Positions 36,364-46,961 are shown, counted from the stretch's first letter. The stretch is 64,000 nt of DNA from Desulfobacterales bacterium (GCA_046540695.1 JBKHES010000001.1:25483-89482), one strand, 5' to 3'. Notes: generated by a model from the sequence alone, not told the origin. A program made the numbers and translations.

Positions 36364-37381
36364 AAATGTTTTCAGGATCGGCAATCTGCCTTCCCATATG
36401 CCTGAGAATTGATTCTCGGAGCGCGGTCATGTCTCCGGGCAGCGGGGCTGAAAAAAAAACGCGTCTGCCGCTCTCAGGGTGACTGAAGGCGATTTTCGCC
36501 GCGTGAAGCATCTGCCTGGGTGCGGCGGCAATCATCCCCGCCAGTGCGGGATCCGACTTATGCTGGCGGCCGGGGTTTTTGTACCCGTAAACCCTGTCTC
36601 CTATTAGAGGATGCCCTGTGGAGGACAGGTGCACGCGGATCTGGTGGGTCCTGCCTGTTTTTATGATGCATTCCAGCATTGCAGATGATCTCCAGCGTTC
36701 CACCACCTTCCAAAGTGTCTCTGCATGCCTTGTTTTTTCGCCGCTGACATTTTCTGTTGTCATTTTTTTTCTGTGAACCGGGTGTCTGCGGATAGGCAGG
36801 GTTATCTTTCCTTCATCCGTATCAGGGCTGCCGTGGACAAAAGCTATATAGGTTTTTTCAACGCTGCGGGCTTTGAACTGCGCGGAAAGGCTCTGCCATG
36901 ATTCCGGGTTCCTTGCAATCACCAACAGGCCTGATGTGTCCTTGTCAAGGCGGTGGATGATGCCCGGCCTTTCGGGCTGCTCACACACGCTGCGCAGTTC
37001 CGGGAAATGATAGACAAGACCGTGGACAAGGGTGCCTGAGTAATTGCCTGCCGCGGGGTGTACTACGAGGCCTGCAGGCTTGTTGATAACTATAACCGAG
37101 CGGTCCTTGAATACAACGTCTATGTCAAGGGGCTCAGCCTCAAGCTGGCAGGATTGCTCCGCTGCACCGGCTTGATATGTGACTGTGTCTGCACTGGATA
37201 GCCTGTAACCAGGCTTTTTTTCGAAGCCATTGACAAGTACACGGCCTTCTTTAATCATGCGCGCCGCGGTATTTCGGGAGCAACCCGGCACGCTTGATGA
37301 CACGGCAAGATCCAGCCTTATACCGTCATCCTCAGGCCCGACAGTCAATGTTATTAATTCGGGATTCCTGACTGACGTCAT
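36332..37381 (-). CDS. rluD: RluA-family 23S rRNA pseudouridine synthase (RluD-like)
   Basis: N-terminal S4 domain, catalytic HRLDKDTSGLLVIA, and ..GRTHQIRVHL... Confidence 0.9.
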   Translation of the reverse strand: MTSVRNPELITLTVGPEDDGIRLDLAVSSSVPGCSRNTAARMIKEGRVLVNGFEKKPGYRLSSADTVTYQAGAAEQSCQLEAEPLDIDVVFKDRSVIVINKPAGLVVHPAAGNYSGTLVHGLVYHFPELRSVCEQPERPGIIHRLDKDTSGLLVIARNPESWQSLSAQFKARSVEKTYIAFVHGSPDTDEGKITLPIRRHPVHRKKMTTENVSGEKTRHAETLWKVVERWRSSAMLECIIKTGRTHQIRVHLSSTGHPLIGDRVYGYKNPGRQHKSDPALAGMIAAAPRQMLHAAKIAFSHPESGRRVFFSAPLPGDMTALRESILRHMGRQIADPENISTAPGHDPVF

Positions 37382-37938
37382 TCACCCTTGTCTGCGCCGT
37401 TGCCGTTGCTGCTGAAAAGGGACTCGATTTCCGCCCAGACCTTATCTTCGTCCTGGTCTTTGGCGGTGCAGATTTCCCGAACCAGCAGTGCCTTGGCAGT
37501 GTCCAGGAGTTTGCGTTCCCCGAAGGACAGATCCTTGGTCAGTTTAAGCAGGTAAAGATCCCGGAACACCGCTGCAACATCATAGGGGGAGCCTGTCTTG
37601 AGCCTTTCCATGTATTCCTTGTAACGCCGGTTCCAGGTCTGATTGTCCTGTATGTCGTGGTGCTGATCCGCAAGGACAGAGTAGACCTCCGGGATTTCCC
37701 CCTTGCCAATGACCGAGCGCAAACCAACGGACTCAACATTTGATGTGGGGATCATGATGACCATGCCGTTGTCGATGATTTTCATTATGTAAAAATCATG
37801 AGTATCGCCGTTGATTACCCGGCTTTCAATGGATTCGATTTGTCCTACCCCGTGGGCGGGGTATACTGCCAAGTCGCCGACCTGGAACCCTTCGCCGGGG
37901 GTCTTTTGGGATTGTGCTTTTTCAGCCATTTTTATCAC
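37378..37938 (-). CDS. carD: CarD/CdnL-family RNA-polymerase-binding transcription factor
   Basis: FQVGDLAVYPAHGVGQIESIESRVINGDTHDFYIMKI is the typical CarD_TRCF N-terminal domain. Stop and start overlap rluD (ATGA). Confidence 0.9.
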   Translation of the reverse strand: MIKMAEKAQSQKTPGEGFQVGDLAVYPAHGVGQIESIESRVINGDTHDFYIMKIIDNGMVIMIPTSNVESVGLRSVIGKGEIPEVYSVLADQHHDIQDNQTWNRRYKEYMERLKTGSPYDVAAVFRDLYLLKLTKDLSFGERKLLDTAKALLVREICTAKDQDEDKVWAEIESLFSSNGNGADKGE

Positions 37939-38002
37939 CCAAACTTAATGCAAGGTTTATTCCTAAAAAAACAACACCTAACATTTTTTTGAGATGAAAT
38001 CA

Positions 38003-38034
38003 ACAAAAAAAGGGCCGGTGAAATTCACCGGCCC
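38003..38034 (-). terminator. Rho-independent terminator of hppA
   Basis: The minus strand reads GGGCCGGTGA-att-TCACCGGCCC followed by TTTTTTTT, 30 nt after the hppA stop (38064). Confidence 0.85.
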
Positions 38035-38063
38035 TTCGCTAAATATTATTACAGGTTATGAAA

Positions 38064-40130
38064 TTACAGCAGAAACGGCACCATCAGCAGTGCTACCACG
38101 TTGAGCACCTTGATCATCGGGTTGACTGCGGGGCCGGCTGTGTCCTTGTAGGGGTCGCCTACGGTGTCGCCGGTAACAGCGGCCTTGTGAGCATCGCTGC
38201 CCTTGCCGCCGAAATAGCCGTCTTCAATGTATTTCTTGGCATTGTCCCATGCGGCTCCGCCGGTGCACATGGAAATTGCAACAAACAGACCTGTTACAAT
38301 ACTTCCGATGAGCACGCCTCCCAGGGCGATTTTGCCGAGGAACAGGCCCACAAGGATCGGGGTGATGACGGGCAGAAGTGCCGGAACCATCATCTCCTTG
38401 AGGGCGAACTTGGTGACGATGTCAACGCACCTTCCGTAGTCCGGCTTTGAAGTTCCCTCCATAATGCCGGGAATCTCCCTGAACTGCCTGCGGACTTCGT
38501 CCACAACCGCGCCGCCTGCACGTCCGACCGCGTTCATTGCGATAGAGGTGAACAGGAAGGGCAGCAGGCCGCCTATAAACAGCCCGATAATAATGTATGG
38601 GTCGCTTAGTTCGAATGCCAGTTCAGCTGCAGCTTCATCGGTTCCGGCCTGGATGACGAATTCCTGGACGTAGCAGGAAAACAGAACCAGTGCCGCGAGA
38701 CCGGCAGAACCGATGGCATAGCCCTTTGTAACTGCCTTGGTTGTGTTGCCCACTGCATCAAGGGGATCCGTGACAGCGCGAACACTTTCATCCATTTCCG
38801 CCATTTCGGCAATACCGCCTGCATTGTCGGTGATCGGGCCGTATGCGTCAATTGCGATAACCATTCCTGTCATAGACAGCATGGCCACTGCGGCAATTGC
38901 AATGCCGTAGAGGTCTGCCAGTCCGTATGCTATGCCGATGCCCACGCAGATTGCAAGCACGGGAAGAGCAGTGGACTGAAGGCTGACTGCAAGACCGGCT
39001 ATAATGTTGGTGCCGTGGCCTGTTGTTGAGGCCTCTGCAATGCCTTTAACCGGGCCGTAGGTACCGGTATAGTATTCTGTGATAATGACGATGAGAACTG
39101 TTAGCACAAGTCCCACCAGTGAGGAATAAAACAGGTTCATGGCGGGAATGCCTCCGATGCTGTCAACCGCGGTTATGGTGAAGATGTAAAACGCGATTGC
39201 AGCAAGGATGGCTGCTCCGAACATCCCCTTGTAAAGGGCGCCCATGATGTATTCATCCTTGCCCATGCGGACAAACAAAGTTGCAATGATCGAGGCGATA
39301 ATGGAGATGGCTCCCAGGATCATGGGGTAGTTGACAGCCATTGCCTCGCCTTCGAAAAACAGGCTGCCCAGCAGCATTGCAGCAACAACCGTTACTGCAT
39401 AGGTCTCAAACAGGTCTGCTGCCATGCCTGCACAGTCGCCTACATTATCGCCGACGTTGTCTGCGATTGTGGCGGGGTTTCTCGGGTCGTCTTCCGGGAT
39501 CCCTGCTTCTACCTTGCCCACCAGGTCTGCTCCGACGTCAGCGCCCTTGGTGAATATGCCGCCGCCGAGACGCGCGAAGATTGAAACGAGGCTGCCGCCG
39601 AATCCCAGTGCCACAAGCGGGGCAATAGAGTGAACCTCTCCTGCCTCTGCGTCCATGGTCAGGACGGTATAGAAGCCTGCTATTGCGGTGAGCGCAAGGC
39701 TGGCAACGAGCATACCCGTGACAGAGCCTCCCCGGAACGCCATTTTCAGGCCTGCGGCAAGTCCGTCCTTTGCAGCTTCAGCAGTGCGGATGTTTGCAAT
39801 TACTGAAACCCGCATACCGATGTAGCCCGCCAGATAGGAAGCCACTGCACCTATGGCAAAGCCGACCGCGGTACTCGTTCCTATGGTGTCGGAATAAAAC
39901 TGGCTTAAGTAAAGGATGATAAAAATCACCACGCCAACGATGGCCATGCTTTTCAGCTGCCGGTGCAGATACGCGATGGCGCCTTCCTGCACCGCGTTGG
40001 CGATTTCCACCATTTTTTCAGAGCCGGTGGGTGCGCTTTTGATGATGCCGGCAACGACCAGGGAATAAATAATCCCAATCACTCCGACGATGGTGCAAGT
40101 TAGAGAAACATTCTCCAGTAGAACTTCCAT
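38064..40130 (-). CDS. hppA: Membrane-bound proton-translocating pyrophosphatase (K+-independent type)
   Basis: 688 aa, ~16 TM helices. [26 protein letters not shown] and [31 protein letters not shown] carries Lys rather than Ala, the signature of K+-independent H+-PPases. Confidence 0.95.
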   Translation of the reverse strand: MEVLLENVSLTCTIVGVIGIIYSLVVAGIIKSAPTGSEKMVEIANAVQEGAIAYLHRQLKSMAIVGVVIFIILYLSQFYSDTIGTSTAVGFAIGAVASYLAGYIGMRVSVIANIRTAEAAKDGLAAGLKMAFRGGSVTGMLVASLALTAIAGFYTVLTMDAEAGEVHSIAPLVALGFGGSLVSIFARLGGGIFTKGADVGADLVGKVEAGIPEDDPRNPATIADNVGDNVGDCAGMAADLFETYAVTVVAAMLLGSLFFEGEAMAVNYPMILGAISIIASIIATLFVRMGKDEYIMGALYKGMFGAAILAAIAFYIFTITAVDSIGGIPAMNLFYSSLVGLVLTVLIVIITEYYTGTYGPVKGIAEASTTGHGTNIIAGLAVSLQSTALPVLAICVGIGIAYGLADLYGIAIAAVAMLSMTGMVIAIDAYGPITDNAGGIAEMAEMDESVRAVTDPLDAVGNTTKAVTKGYAIGSAGLAALVLFSCYVQEFVIQAGTDEAAAELAFELSDPYIIIGLFIGGLLPFLFTSIAMNAVGRAGGAVVDEVRRQFREIPGIMEGTSKPDYGRCVDIVTKFALKEMMVPALLPVITPILVGLFLGKIALGGVLIGSIVTGLFVAISMCTGGAAWDNAKKYIEDGYFGGKGSDAHKAAVTGDTVGDPYKDTAGPAVNPMIKVLNVVALLMVPFLL

Positions 40131-40179
40131 GCCTACCTCCCTAAAACTTTAGGTTAATAAATAAGACACCCTGAACAAT

Positions 40180-40755
40180 TTACCTTTGATTAAATCGATT
40201 CATTGCTTCAGCCAAACCCCTGCTTATCATGGTGAGTACGGCATCTTCTGCATCCTGCATCACGGGTGCAAAAATTTTTTTCTCTTCAGCCGTGAACCTT
40301 CCAAGCACATAGTCGGTAACATCTATTGGCGGCTCAGGTCTTCCGATGCCGATTCTAAGCCTGGGAAAACTGCCGGACCCGAAGGCTTCCATAATGGATT
40401 TGACTCCGTTGTGCCCTCCGTGACCTCCTTTCGCTTTGATTTTGATTTGTCCTTTGTTTATATCCAGATCATCGTGTATTACAAGAACGTATTCGGCAGT
40501 AATGCCGAAATATTCTGCCAGTTGTCGAATTGGAGGGCCGCTTCGGTTCATGTAGGCCTGGGGCTTTGCAATAATTACGCGTGCATCTTCGCATCCGCCC
40601 CTTCCGAAGTTGGTACTGAATTTTTTCTGCTCAAGCGGGATGCGGCATCTATCTGCAACCTTTTCTGCAGCCATGAAGCCTACGTTGTGCCTTGTCTTCT
40701 GGTATTTTCTCCCCGGGTTGCCCAGACCGGCAATAAGCCAGGACGAAGGCTCCAT
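40180..40755 (-). CDS. pth: Peptidyl-tRNA hydrolase
   Basis: LIAGLGNPGRKYQKTRHNVGF (catalytic His), ..GGHGGHNG... Confidence 0.95.
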   Translation of the reverse strand: MEPSSWLIAGLGNPGRKYQKTRHNVGFMAAEKVADRCRIPLEQKKFSTNFGRGGCEDARVIIAKPQAYMNRSGPPIRQLAEYFGITAEYVLVIHDDLDINKGQIKIKAKGGHGGHNGVKSIMEAFGSGSFPRLRIGIGRPEPPIDVTDYVLGRFTAEEKKIFAPVMQDAEDAVLTMISRGLAEAMNRFNQR

Positions 40756-41426
40756 TATTCTTCGGAAGATTCGGATTCTTCGTCCGCTGCAGCCTCACCG
40801 CCTTCTTCTTCTTCTCCTTCTTCAGCTTCTTCTTCACCTGCGGCTTCTTCCTCGGGAACTTCCATCTTGGGGCTTACCACAGTAAGAATTGTGAAGTCGG
40901 CTTCGTAGGGTATCTCCACGCCTGAAGACAGCGGGATTTCGCTTACATGAACAGAATCACCCACGTCGAGCTCCGAGATGTCGATCTCGATCTGTTCGGG
41001 AATATTTGCAGGCAGGCAGTAGACTTCGAGCTCGCGCCTTATGATCTGCAGAATTCCACCTTCTTCAACCCCCTTTGATGTTCCGGTGGTTGTAACGGGT
41101 ACCATGGTGGCGATCTTCTGGTCCATCTTGACCTCGTAGAAATCAATGTGGAGGTAGTGCTCTTTTACGGGGTCGCGCTGGAATTCCTTGATCATAACCG
41201 TGCGCTGGGATTTGCCGCTCTCACCGGTTGCAAGATTAATCAGCCCCCGGGAGAATTCCGGGCTGTTAAACATCCTTTCGAGTTCCTGGATGCTTACAGA
41301 CAGCGGCTGGCTGTCGATGCCTGATCCGTATAAAACAGCAGGTATGCGGCCTTCCCGTCTTAATGCGCGGGCTGCGCCCTTGCCTGTATTGCCGCGTGGT
41401 TTTGCGTTGAGTTTTACGATATCCAA
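40755..41426 (-). CDS. rplY: 50S ribosomal protein L25 (Ctc form) with a long acidic C-terminal tail
   Basis: L25/Ctc N- and C-domains (KGAARALRREGRIPAVLYG..). The last ~35 aa are poly-acidic (EEEAAGEEEAEEGEEEEGGEAAADEESESSEE). Confidence 0.92.
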   Translation of the reverse strand: MDIVKLNAKPRGNTGKGAARALRREGRIPAVLYGSGIDSQPLSVSIQELERMFNSPEFSRGLINLATGESGKSQRTVMIKEFQRDPVKEHYLHIDFYEVKMDQKIATMVPVTTTGTSKGVEEGGILQIIRRELEVYCLPANIPEQIEIDISELDVGDSVHVSEIPLSSGVEIPYEADFTILTVVSPKMEVPEEEAAGEEEAEEGEEEEGGEAAADEESESSEE

Positions 41427-41462
41427 GTCTTATCCTCCGGTATATTTTCTTTTGTAGTATTG

Positions 41463-42413
41463 TCAGATGAACAAAGATGTGACTGAGTCGCCGGTGTGGC
41501 TTCTGTAAATCGCCTCTCCGAAAAGCCTGGCAATGCTTAGCACCACGATTTTTTCGCAGGTCTTGGGCTTGCCGGTAAGGGGAATGGTATCTGCTACAAC
41601 AAGGGACTTGATGGCCGAATCATTGATTCTGTCAACCGCGGGCCCCGAGAGAACAGCGTGGGTGCAGCAGGCATGTACCTCGCTGGCTCCGTTTGCCTCA
41701 ATTGCATTTGCCGCTTCTGTAAGAGTACCTGCAGTGTCTACCATGTCATCGAGTATAATGGCCTTTTTCCCCTCAACGTTGCCTATGACCGCCATTGCTT
41801 TGGCCTGGTTGGGCGATGAGCGCCGCTTGTCTATGATGGCCAGCCCGGCGTTGAGCCGTTTTGCAAAAGCTCTTGCTCGCTCCACGCCTCCCGCATCAGG
41901 GGAGATAATAACAAGGTTATCTGAAAGGTTTTTGCGCATGTACTCGATTAATACTGGTGCTGCAAAAAGGTTGTCCACGGGTATGTCAAAAAAGCCCTGG
42001 ATCTGCCCGGCATGAAGGTCCATGGTAATCACCCGGTTGGCCCCTGCCGTGGTAAGAAGATCCGCCACGAGCTTTGCACTGATCGGCACCCTGGGCGCGA
42101 CTTTTTTGTCCTGCCTGGCGTAACCGAAATAGGGTATTACCGCGGTAATCCGTTTGGCTGATGAGCGCTTGAAAGCGTCTATCATCAAAAGAAGTTCTAT
42201 CAGGTTGTCGTTTACGGGGTTGCACGTGGACTGGATAACAAATACATCCTTTGCCCTAACGTTGTCATCGACCTCTATCTGTACCTCTCCGTCGCTGAAA
42301 CGCTTTACCTTGGCATTGCCGAGCGGGCTGTTTAAGTAACTGCAGATTGCCTCCGAGAGTTCCGGATGTGAAGATCCGGCAAATACAATGTACCCGTTGG
42401 TGTCCACTTCCAT
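41463..42413 (-). CDS. prs: Ribose-phosphate pyrophosphokinase
   Basis: DLHAGQIQGFFDIPVDNL, ISPDAGGVERA, DDMVDTAGT. The start is ATG 42413 (GGGGAG RBS). The track ORF extends to 42542 only because it reads through the tRNA gene. Confidence 0.95.
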   Translation of the reverse strand: MEVDTNGYIVFAGSSHPELSEAICSYLNSPLGNAKVKRFSDGEVQIEVDDNVRAKDVFVIQSTCNPVNDNLIELLLMIDAFKRSSAKRITAVIPYFGYARQDKKVAPRVPISAKLVADLLTTAGANRVITMDLHAGQIQGFFDIPVDNLFAAPVLIEYMRKNLSDNLVIISPDAGGVERARAFAKRLNAGLAIIDKRRSSPNQAKAMAVIGNVEGKKAIILDDMVDTAGTLTEAANAIEANGASEVHACCTHAVLSGPAVDRINDSAIKSLVVADTIPLTGKPKTCEKIVVLSIARLFGEAIYRSHTGDSVTSLFI

Positions 42414-42460
42414 GGTCTCCCCTTGGAGGTTGAGGTTATGGTTGAAGCCTTTTAGCAAGA

Positions 42461-42535
42461 TGGCTGGGGCGGGAGGATTCGAACCTCCGAATGCAGGAAC
42501 CAAAATCCTGTGTCTTACCGCTTGACGACGCCCCA
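42461..42535 (-). tRNA. tRNA-Gln (anticodon UUG)
   Basis: The minus strand reads TGGGGCGTCGTCAAGCGGTAAGACACAGGATTTTGGTTCCTGCATTCGGAGGTTCGAATCCTCCCGCCCCAGCCA. It folds as a cloverleaf with anticodon loop TTTTGGT (TTG), a TPsiC arm GGTTCGAATCC and an encoded CCA. It is close to E. coli tRNA-Gln as I recall it. Confidence 0.93.
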
Positions 42536-42575
42536 GCAGCATGTCGGCCTGCGTGCCAGCGGCAGATACACAGTG

Positions 42576-43436
42576 CTATGTCAGCAGCTGCGTGCGAAAA
42601 ACCCGCCACCGGTCCTGCCCTGATAATCTTCGGTATGCGCTTTCAGCACAGTGGGTATCAGCATAAATCCCGAAAACCGAAGAGCCGCTTCCGGTCATGA
42701 CAGCGCCGGCGGCGCCGGATGAAAGCAGGGCTTTTTTTGCCTCTCCGATTTCCGGGCAGAGCTCCACAGCTGTCTTTTCAAGCGCATTGAACAGCTGCTT
42801 TGATACATCATCGGCGACCCAGCCCGGTTTAAAAATAAAATTTTTATTTATTTTTTCGGATTTTGTCAATGCCAAATTAAACTTTTTATACACCTCTGCC
42901 GTGGACAGCGGCCGGCCGGGATATACCACAACAACGGGAATGGAGGGAAGTCCTTGGAATTCCGAGAGCTTTTCTCCTATTCCCGTTGCAACCGCGGGGC
43001 GGCCAAAGAGAAAAAACGGTACATCCGCACCCAGGGAGCATCCCAGTTCCATGAGCCTGCCCGCGGAAACCGGGTGACCGAAATAACTGTTCAGGCCTCG
43101 GAGCACTGCCGCGGCGTTGCTGCTGCCGCCTCCCAGCCCGGCCCCCACAGGGATTCTTTTTTCTATTGATATGGCAACACCGGGCGGGTTAATGCCTGTT
43201 TCCGTGAAGAACTCAGAGGCTGCCCGGTAAGCTATGTTGTTTCTGCCAGGCGGCACCCCGGGGTGGCTGCATTCAACTGCAATACCACCGGGATGATTGG
43301 CAGGGGCAAAAGAAAAACGTACGGTATCATGGATTTCGATTAAGCACATCAAGGAAACCAGTTCATGATAACCGTCCGAACGCCTGCCGACTACATCCAG
43401 ATAAAGGTTTATTTTCGCAGGTGCCTGGATTTCCAA
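42576..43436 (-). CDS. ispE: 4-diphosphocytidyl-2-C-methyl-D-erythritol kinase
   Basis: APAKINLYL, PVGAGLGGGSSNAAAVL (GHMP kinase motif). It sits in the conserved ispE-tRNA-prs-rplY-pth neighbourhood. Confidence 0.93.
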   Translation of the reverse strand: MEIQAPAKINLYLDVVGRRSDGYHELVSLMCLIEIHDTVRFSFAPANHPGGIAVECSHPGVPPGRNNIAYRAASEFFTETGINPPGVAISIEKRIPVGAGLGGGSSNAAAVLRGLNSYFGHPVSAGRLMELGCSLGADVPFFLFGRPAVATGIGEKLSEFQGLPSIPVVVVYPGRPLSTAEVYKKFNLALTKSEKINKNFIFKPGWVADDVSKQLFNALEKTAVELCPEIGEAKKALLSSGAAGAVMTGSGSSVFGIYADTHCAESAYRRLSGQDRWRVFRTQLLT

Positions 43437-44924
43437 TTACTTGGTCATTTTTATTATTACAATTCCCTGGCGCGGCCGGATTACGTAAAACTGAAGTGTA
43501 TCACCCTCGTCTGAATCTTCTACGTACTGCTGAAAATCCTCAGCGGATTCTACGGGATTGTGGTTTACTTCTTTTACTATGTCGCCCTGTCTGAATCCTG
43601 ACTGGGCAGCCTTGCTGCCGGATTCAACCTCGGTTACCACAGCACCGCTGGTATCGCTGAGTCCAAGCTGTTTGGCAATGTCGCGCGTGATGTCCGATAC
43701 CGTAACGCCCAGCCCGCTGGTTTCTGGCTCCTCCTGCTGGCGGCCTCTTTCCGCCATTTCCTTTTCATCCCTTTTCGAGAGGGTGACCTCTGCGGTCCGG
43801 GTTTTTCCGTCGCGGATGAATTTTATTTCTGCTTCATCACCGGGCTTGATTTCAGCTATCGTACGCGACAGCTCCCGTGGTGAATCAACTTTGCTGCCGT
43901 TTACGGATACGATTATGTCATTGGGCTCTATGCCCGCCTTGTCTGCGGGATCCCCGTCAAATACCCGGCTTACAAGCACGCCGGCATCAGTGTCATAGTA
44001 TTCTTTAAGGTCGTCATCGAGTTCCTGGATGCCAACGCCGAGCCAGCCCCGGGTTACCTCGCCGCTTTTTTTCAGCTGAGAGATTATATCGCTTGCCATG
44101 CCGGAAGGAATCGCAAAACCTATCCCTGTTCCTCCCGCAACTATGGCAGTGTTGATGCCTATGACCTCGCCTTCCATGTTTAAAAGAGGCCCTCCGCTGT
44201 TGCCCGGGTTAATGGAAGCATCCGTCTGAATGAAATTGTCATAGGGCCCTGCTCCTATTGCCCGGCCCTTGGCGCTTATTATGCCCGCTGTTACTGTGTG
44301 ATCCAGGCCGAAAGGGTTACCGATTGCCAGCACCCACTGGCCTATCCGCATGGCGTCAGAATTGCCGAGTTTTAAAACCGGCAGTTCATCGTCTGTTTCT
44401 ATCTTGATCAAAGCCAGGTCCGTGTTTGGATCCGTGCCGATGATTTCTGCATCGTATTCCCTGCCGCTTTTGAGTTTGACCTGGATTTCGTCTGCGTTTT
44501 CAATCACGTGGTTGTTTGTAACTATATGGCCGCTGCTGTCCATTATAAAACCGGAACCAAGGCTCCTTTGTTTGAATTCCCTGGGGTCCTGCTGCCCGAA
44601 GAAACGATCGAAGAATTCGTCAAAAGGATGCTGTCCGCCCGGGCTGCGCGGGTCCTGCCCGTCCCGGCCCCTGGGGCCGAAGAAATGGCGAAACATGCGG
44701 TCCTGGCCTTCCACGGTTTTTTCGGTCCTGATGTTGACCACAGCAGGTCCGGCCTTTTCAGCAAGTTTTGTAAAGTCGGCAGGAGCCCCTGCGGTCTTTT
44801 CGGGTCTGGATCCGGCAGCTGAAGTTGCATAATTGTCCGGAGCAATTACAGGGCCGCCGGCAAGGACTGCCGCGGCTGCAACCACGGCGGCAAGCCATGC
44901 AATTGGTTTGCGGTAGAATATCAT
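43437..44924 (-). CDS. HtrA/DegP/DegQ-family periplasmic serine endoprotease with two PDZ domains
   Basis: Signal/TM N-terminus, catalytic triad contexts VTNNHV, DLALIKI and GNSGGPL, and two PDZ-like C-terminal repeats. Confidence 0.93.
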   Translation of the reverse strand: MIFYRKPIAWLAAVVAAAAVLAGGPVIAPDNYATSAAGSRPEKTAGAPADFTKLAEKAGPAVVNIRTEKTVEGQDRMFRHFFGPRGRDGQDPRSPGGQHPFDEFFDRFFGQQDPREFKQRSLGSGFIMDSSGHIVTNNHVIENADEIQVKLKSGREYDAEIIGTDPNTDLALIKIETDDELPVLKLGNSDAMRIGQWVLAIGNPFGLDHTVTAGIISAKGRAIGAGPYDNFIQTDASINPGNSGGPLLNMEGEVIGINTAIVAGGTGIGFAIPSGMASDIISQLKKSGEVTRGWLGVGIQELDDDLKEYYDTDAGVLVSRVFDGDPADKAGIEPNDIIVSVNGSKVDSPRELSRTIAEIKPGDEAEIKFIRDGKTRTAEVTLSKRDEKEMAERGRQQEEPETSGLGVTVSDITRDIAKQLGLSDTSGAVVTEVESGSKAAQSGFRQGDIVKEVNHNPVESAEDFQQYVEDSDEGDTLQFYVIRPRQGIVIIKMTK

Positions 44925-44974
44925 TTTTTCAGCCTCCTTGGAGTTTGCCCGGGCAATACCCGGCGCTTTCCGGA

Positions 44975-45274
44975 TTATTTGCCTTCGGTTTCTTTTACAT
45001 AAAGCAACCGTAATTCATATAGTACGTTTGTCAACAAGCGTTCTTCTTCCTGGGTCAGGTTGCCTTCGGTCTTTTGTGAAAGCATTGCTATAACGTCTAT
45101 GGTCTGCTTTGCCACCGGCAGGTTTTTGGCAGTGGCGCCGGTGGTGGGATCTGCATGCTGGCCCAGATGGACCAGTGCAGAGGAGTTAAGCGACAGGATA
45201 AAGGTTGTGAAATTGATTTCCGGCATCACGTACTGGGAATAACCGGTTTCATCATTTTTTGTGCCGTTTTGCAT
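44975..45274 (-). CDS. DUF1844 domain protein
   Basis: 99 aa. INFTTFILSLNSSALVHLG..DP.TG... NL..AKQTIDVIAML..KT.GNL..EE..LL...L.ELR..Y matches the DUF1844 pattern as I remember it. Confidence 0.7.
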   Translation of the reverse strand: MQNGTKNDETGYSQYVMPEINFTTFILSLNSSALVHLGQHADPTTGATAKNLPVAKQTIDVIAMLSQKTEGNLTQEEERLLTNVLYELRLLYVKETEGK

Positions 45275-45360
45275 AATCTTGTTTCACCCCCTTGTTGGTT
45301 TGAATAAGACTGAAACCGAAAATCCGGATCGGTTTCGGATGTTGGTATCCGGATTTGTTT

Positions 45361-46947
45361 TTACAATTCCAGGGTGTTGACTGATTTTACCTTTGTCAGG
45401 GCCCGCACGGCTTCCGCGGTCTCTTCCGGTATCGGGGTATCCGTGCGAAGCAGGATAATGTTGTGCTCACCGTCTACTTCCTGGCCCACCTGCATCCTGG
45501 ATATGTTTATGTTGTGTTCGCCCAGGGTCATGCCTATGCTTCCTATGGCCCCGGGTTCATCGCGGTTCTGGATAAGCGCAAGGTGGCCTTGGGGAATTAT
45601 TTCTATTCTGAAGTCATCGAGCTTTACAATCCTGGCGTCGCTTTTGCCGAATACAGTTCCGGCAACAGTTGAGATTTTTTCCGTGCCGGTTATTTTGGTG
45701 GTTATAAGGTGGAGAAACTCGGTTGGTTCAGCCTTGCTGGACTCGGAGATCTTGATTCCCCACTCCTTGGCCAGGTAATAGGCGTTGACCGCATTTACCT
45801 CCTCGCCGAGCCGGTAGGCCAGAAGTCCCTTTATAAAGGCCGAAGTCACAGGATTCATGTCGTATCCGAAAAAATCGCCGTTGTACTGCACCTCGATTTC
45901 CTTGAGCTGCCCCGTGACTAGCTGGGCCTGCAGCTGCCCCATTTTCTCTGAGAGCTCGATAAAAGGGCTGAGCTGTTCAAGAGCGCGGCCGGATATGGAC
46001 GGGACATTGACAGCGTTTACAACGTTGTTGTTTTTTAGGTACTCTATTATTTGATTCGCCACTGTCACTGCCACGTTGGTCTGGGCCTCAAAGGTTGAGG
46101 CACCGAGGTGTGGGGTGACCACCACGTTTTCAAGGCCGAGAAGACCGAGATCCGCGGGCGGTGGCTCCTGGGAGAACACGTCAAGGGCCGCCCCTGCCAC
46201 CTTTCCGCTGACAAGACCCTCATAAAGTGCGTCTTCGTCAACTATGCCGCCCCGTGCGCAGTTAATAATCATCACGCCGTCTTTCATGCGTGATATGGCT
46301 TCTTTGTCTATCATGGAGGCGGTGTTTTTGTTTTTCGGGACATGTACTGTCACATAATCTGCTTCTGCATATAGTTTTTCAAGGTCCACGCACTCAAAAC
46401 CCTGCTTTTCAATGTTGTCGGGCTGGACAACCGGGTCGTATACCATAACCCGCATTTTAAGTCCCCGGGCCCTGTCGGCAACCACGGAGCCTATTTTGCC
46501 GAAACCTATTACACCTAGGGTTTTATCGAAGATTTCGCGGCCCATAAGCTTTTTCTTCTCCCAGCGCCCGGCCTTAAGGGATGCCGTTCCCCGGGGTATG
46601 TTTCTGGTCAGAGAAAGCATGAGTGCCAGGGTGTGTTCCGCGGTTGTGACCACGTTGCCCCCCGGGGTGTTCATCACAACCACTCCTTTGCGGGTGGCCG
46701 CTGCAGTATCCACATTGTCAAGGCCTATGCCCGCGCGGCCCACAACCTTGAGGTTTTCTCCGGCATCCAGCAGTTCAGCGGTCACCTGCGTTGAACTGCG
46801 TATTACCAGGGCATGGTAGGGGGGGATAACAGATTTGAGTTCCTCAGGGGAAAGCCCGGTTTTAACATCCACTTCAAAACCTGCGTTTTCAAGGATCCGG
46901 ATGCCGGCTTCGCCCAGATTGTCGCTTATGAGTACCTTCATTTTCAA
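45361..46947 (-). CDS. serA: D-3-phosphoglycerate dehydrogenase (long form with ASB and ACT domains)
   Basis: 528 aa. GVIGFGKIGSVVA (NAD), ..ARGGIVDE.., PHLGAST, and a C-terminal ACT-like domain. Confidence 0.93.
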   Translation of the reverse strand: MKMKVLISDNLGEAGIRILENAGFEVDVKTGLSPEELKSVIPPYHALVIRSSTQVTAELLDAGENLKVVGRAGIGLDNVDTAAATRKGVVVMNTPGGNVVTTAEHTLALMLSLTRNIPRGTASLKAGRWEKKKLMGREIFDKTLGVIGFGKIGSVVADRARGLKMRVMVYDPVVQPDNIEKQGFECVDLEKLYAEADYVTVHVPKNKNTASMIDKEAISRMKDGVMIINCARGGIVDEDALYEGLVSGKVAGAALDVFSQEPPPADLGLLGLENVVVTPHLGASTFEAQTNVAVTVANQIIEYLKNNNVVNAVNVPSISGRALEQLSPFIELSEKMGQLQAQLVTGQLKEIEVQYNGDFFGYDMNPVTSAFIKGLLAYRLGEEVNAVNAYYLAKEWGIKISESSKAEPTEFLHLITTKITGTEKISTVAGTVFGKSDARIVKLDDFRIEIIPQGHLALIQNRDEPGAIGSIGMTLGEHNINISRMQVGQEVDGEHNIILLRTDTPIPEETAEAVRALTKVKSVNTLEL

Positions 46948-46961
46948 CCTCCGGGGCTCCT

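Noticed and set aside
42461-42535. tRNA-Gln as a possible integration hotspot for a genomic island.
   Set aside because: It is flanked by the conserved ispE and prs-rplY-pth genes. No integrase, direct repeat of the tRNA 3' end or compositional shift is visible on either side.
42414-42542. N-terminal extension of the prs ORF in the track (MLLGRRQAVRHRILVPAFGGSNPPAP...).
   Set aside because: This stretch is the translation of the tRNA-Gln gene (42461-42535) and its flanks. The real prs start is ATG 42413, with its own RBS.
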